Positions 61,367 to 64,000 of a stretch of DNA of 64,000 bases are shown here, piece by piece. The DNA is from Candidatus Tayloriibacteriota bacterium (lineage in GTDB: Bacteria; Patescibacteriota; Minisyncoccia; Phycocordibacterales; PALSA-1337), in contig JANNAN010000017.1 of assembly GCA_031384385.1 (NCBI GenBank), positions 3,020 to 67,019 of the forward strand, read 5' to 3'. Below the pieces are notes generated by a model. It saw only the letters and a list, made by a program, of their open reading frames with translations, was not told the origin of the DNA and did not search any database. A program made the translations under genes and the position numbers. Each line of letters opens with the position of its first letter. The stretch's first letter is position 1.

Positions 61367-63697
61367 ATGATGATGGCAAAAGTCAAAAAGGTTTCCGGAA
61401 AGTCAGGTAGGTCTGTAGAGTTCGTACAGTCTATTCTTAAGAGAGATGGAAGAGTTGTTCCTTTTGATATAGAAAAAATTGCCAATGCTATTTTTAAGGG
61501 CATGTCTACAACAGGTGAAGGTTCACAAGAAGAGTCTGCGCTTGTGGCCAATAAAGTTTATGGAGAACTTGTTAGAATTGCCAAGAAATTTAAGAATTTC
61601 GTACCTACAGTTGAAGGAGTTCAAGATGTCGTAGAAGCAGAACTTATGCGTTCTGATTATATAAAAACAGCCAAACATTATGTTCTATATAGACAAGAGC
61701 GTTCAAAAATTCGTGCTGAAGGTTTGGAAGTTCCAGAAAATATAAAAAAACTTGCTGTTGATAGTAAAAAATATTTCAGAAATCCATTAGGAGAATTTGT
61801 TTATTATAGAACATATTCAAAATGGATTGATGCAGAAAATCGTAGAGAAACTTGGATAGAGACTGTTGAGCGTTATATTGGATTCATGAAAGAAAATCTT
61901 GGAAATAAACTTACAGAGAAAGAATATTCTGAAGTTCGTGAATCTATTTTGAAACAAGAAGCAATGCCATCAATGAGATTGCTACAATTCGCTGGTCCAG
62001 CAGCTCGAACAACAAATGTATGTGCATACAATTGTTCATTTATTGCCCCAAGTTCATTTCAGGATCTTGCAGAAATAATGTATGTATCAATGTGTGGAAC
62101 TGGAGCGGGATTTTCTGTAGAAAGTAATGCAGTACAAAAATTTCCACAAATTGAAATTCAAAATGGTGAAAAAGTTCCAACACATTTAATTCCAGATAAT
62201 AAAGAAGGGTGGGCGGACTCACTTTCTTTTGGAATGAAGACTTGGGCTTCGGGAAAGGATATAGATTTTGATTTTTCAAAGTTACGTCCAGCCGGTGCTC
62301 GTCTGAAAACTATGGGTGGAAAATCATCAGGACCAGAACCATTACGCCGTCTCCTGTCATTTACTCGTGAAATTATGCTTGCAAGACAAGGTAGACGCCT
62401 TAGAAATATAGATGTTCATGATATTGCTTGTATGATTGGGGACTGTGTGGTCTCTGGAGGCGTTAGAAGAAGTGCTCTTATTTCATTGTCAGATCTTGAC
62501 GATTCTGATATTCGAGATGCAAAGAAAGGCGCATTTTATATGACTCATCCACATCGTGCTCTAGCAAATAACTCCGCTATTTATCTAACCAAACCAAGCA
62601 ATGAGGAATTTTTGAAGGAATGGATGGCTCTTATAGAAAGTAAATCTGGAGAAAGAGGAATATTCAATAGAGGTTCTCTTGCTAAAACTCTCCCAGAAAG
62701 AAGATTAAAACTGCTGAAGCAATATAAAGGATATTTTGATGCAACGGGAAGTACAATTGTAGGAACAATGGGAACAAATCCTTGTGGAGAAATCATACTT
62801 CAGTCAAAACAATTTTGTAATCTTTCAGAAATTGTAGCTAGATCAGATGATGATGAAAAATCACTTATTAGAAAAATGAGAATCGCCACAATTATTGGTA
62901 CTTATCAATCATCTCTTACAAATTTTCCATATCTTTCAAAAGAATGGAAGGAAAATTGTGAGAAAGAAAGATTGCTTGGAGTTTCTATTACAGGACAATG
63001 GGATTCTCCAGCCGTAAGAAAACCAGAAGTTATGAGAAAGTTGAGGGCAGAGTCAATTAAAATAAATAAAGAATTTGCAAAGAGATTCGGAGTCAATGAG
63101 TCAACATGCATCACCGCAGTTAAACCATCAGGGACTCTTTCACAAACTGTAGATTGTTCTTCTGGAATGCATCCACGACATTCAAAATATTATATTCGAA
63201 GGATTCGTATCGCAGCAACAGATACATTATTTAAAATGTTGAAGGATCAAGGAGTTCCATATGCACCAGAAGTTGGTCAAACTAAAGAGAATGCCACAAC
63301 TTATGTTCTTGAGTTCCCAGTAAAAGCTCCAAATGGTTCAATCTTCAAGAATGATCAAACAGCCATCGAACAATTAGAATATTGGAAAATGGTTAAGGAA
63401 AATTATACAGAGCACAATCCGTCAATCACAATTTCAGTTGGAAATAATGAATGGATAGAAGTTGCAAATTGGGTCTATAAAAATTGGGATATTGTTGGAG
63501 GTCTGTCATTTCTTCCAAGAGAAGATCATATATATCAACTTGCTCCATACGAAACAATTGATGAAAAGAGATATAAAGAACTTGCCAAAAGACTTGAACA
63601 TATTGATTATTCAAAGATCATTACTTATGAAAAGCAGAATGAACTTGATTTAAAGAAGGAATTAGCTTGTGTAGGAGGAGTTTGCGAGGTTATGTAG
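61367..63697 (+). CDS. nrdJ: Class II (B12-dependent) ribonucleotide reductase with N-terminal ATP cone
   Basis: KRDGR.VPFD ATP cone, YNC, TNPCGEI, CNLSE, KPSGT, C-terminal CVGGVC. Confidence 0.9.
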   Translation: MMMAKVKKVSGKSGRSVEFVQSILKRDGRVVPFDIEKIANAIFKGMSTTGEGSQEESALVANKVYGELVRIAKKFKNFVPTVEGVQDVVEAELMRSDYIKTAKHYVLYRQERSKIRAEGLEVPENIKKLAVDSKKYFRNPLGEFVYYRTYSKWIDAENRRETWIETVERYIGFMKENLGNKLTEKEYSEVRESILKQEAMPSMRLLQFAGPAARTTNVCAYNCSFIAPSSFQDLAEIMYVSMCGTGAGFSVESNAVQKFPQIEIQNGEKVPTHLIPDNKEGWADSLSFGMKTWASGKDIDFDFSKLRPAGARLKTMGGKSSGPEPLRRLLSFTREIMLARQGRRLRNIDVHDIACMIGDCVVSGGVRRSALISLSDLDDSDIRDAKKGAFYMTHPHRALANNSAIYLTKPSNEEFLKEWMALIESKSGERGIFNRGSLAKTLPERRLKLLKQYKGYFDATGSTIVGTMGTNPCGEIILQSKQFCNLSEIVARSDDDEKSLIRKMRIATIIGTYQSSLTNFPYLSKEWKENCEKERLLGVSITGQWDSPAVRKPEVMRKLRAESIKINKEFAKRFGVNESTCITAVKPSGTLSQTVDCSSGMHPRHSKYYIRRIRIAATDTLFKMLKDQGVPYAPEVGQTKENATTYVLEFPVKAPNGSIFKNDQTAIEQLEYWKMVKENYTEHNPSITISVGNNEWIEVANWVYKNWDIVGGLSFLPREDHIYQLAPYETIDEKRYKELAKRLEHIDYSKIITYEKQNELDLKKELACVGGVCEVM

Positions 63698-63713
63698 TTT
63701 GTGGTATAATAGT

Positions 63714-64000
63714 ATTACATATCAGACAATCGCTGTTGGAACAATAGTTCTAATAGAGGAAAGTCCGAGCACTGGCTATACGAAATTATAGACAGAAGGG
63801 TAGCGGGTAATTCCCGTCCACCGTGAGGTGTGAGGTGCGAACAGAGACGCCAAAGTCGAAAGGCAATGGCATCCTACGCAAGTAGGATGAGTTGTAAAAG
63901 TAATTTTACAATTGCAACGGCAAAATCCTTACTTCAGTGCAAGGCCGTGCCGATGAAAGTCGGAGTGCCGCTTGAGGGATGGTGTAAATCATCTCCCAGA
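63714..64000 (+). ncRNA. rnpB: RNase P RNA, 5' part (runs off the window; start approximate)
   Basis: CAGACAATCGCTG...GAGGAAAGTCCGAGCAC, GAACAGAGA, GCAACGGCAAA and GTGCAAGGCC conserved blocks. Confidence 0.92.

Overview
AT-rich bacterial chromosome segment using genetic code 11. Gene content (type IV pilus/competence cluster, short RF2, class II RNR, apparently leaderless genes) suggests a Patescibacteria/Parcubacteria (CPR) genome; this is an inference. In order it holds: the 5' end of recG, two tRNA-Ser genes with small decaying cargo, and a complete type IV pilus locus (comF, pilM/N/O, pilB, receiver protein, pilT, pilC, pilins, pilD). Then come ligA-gatCA, a tRNA cluster, prfB, ftsEX and pyrG. 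A serine-recombinase island at tRNA-Gln follows, carrying a 1822-aa protein with 12 tandem repeats, an SNF2 helicase and a methyltransferase. The rest is a thiol-redox/Msr cluster, housekeeping genes, nrdJ and the 5' part of rnpB. The strongest signal is a shufflon-like pilin switch at 11.1-13.0 kb. Three major-pilin cassettes share a ~100-bp near-identical 5' block in inverted orientations. Only one carries an ATG and a visible promoter, on a 315-bp segment bounded by perfect inverted repeats, so DNA inversion could choose which pilin head is made. All calls come from reading the sequence by eye; no database search was run.
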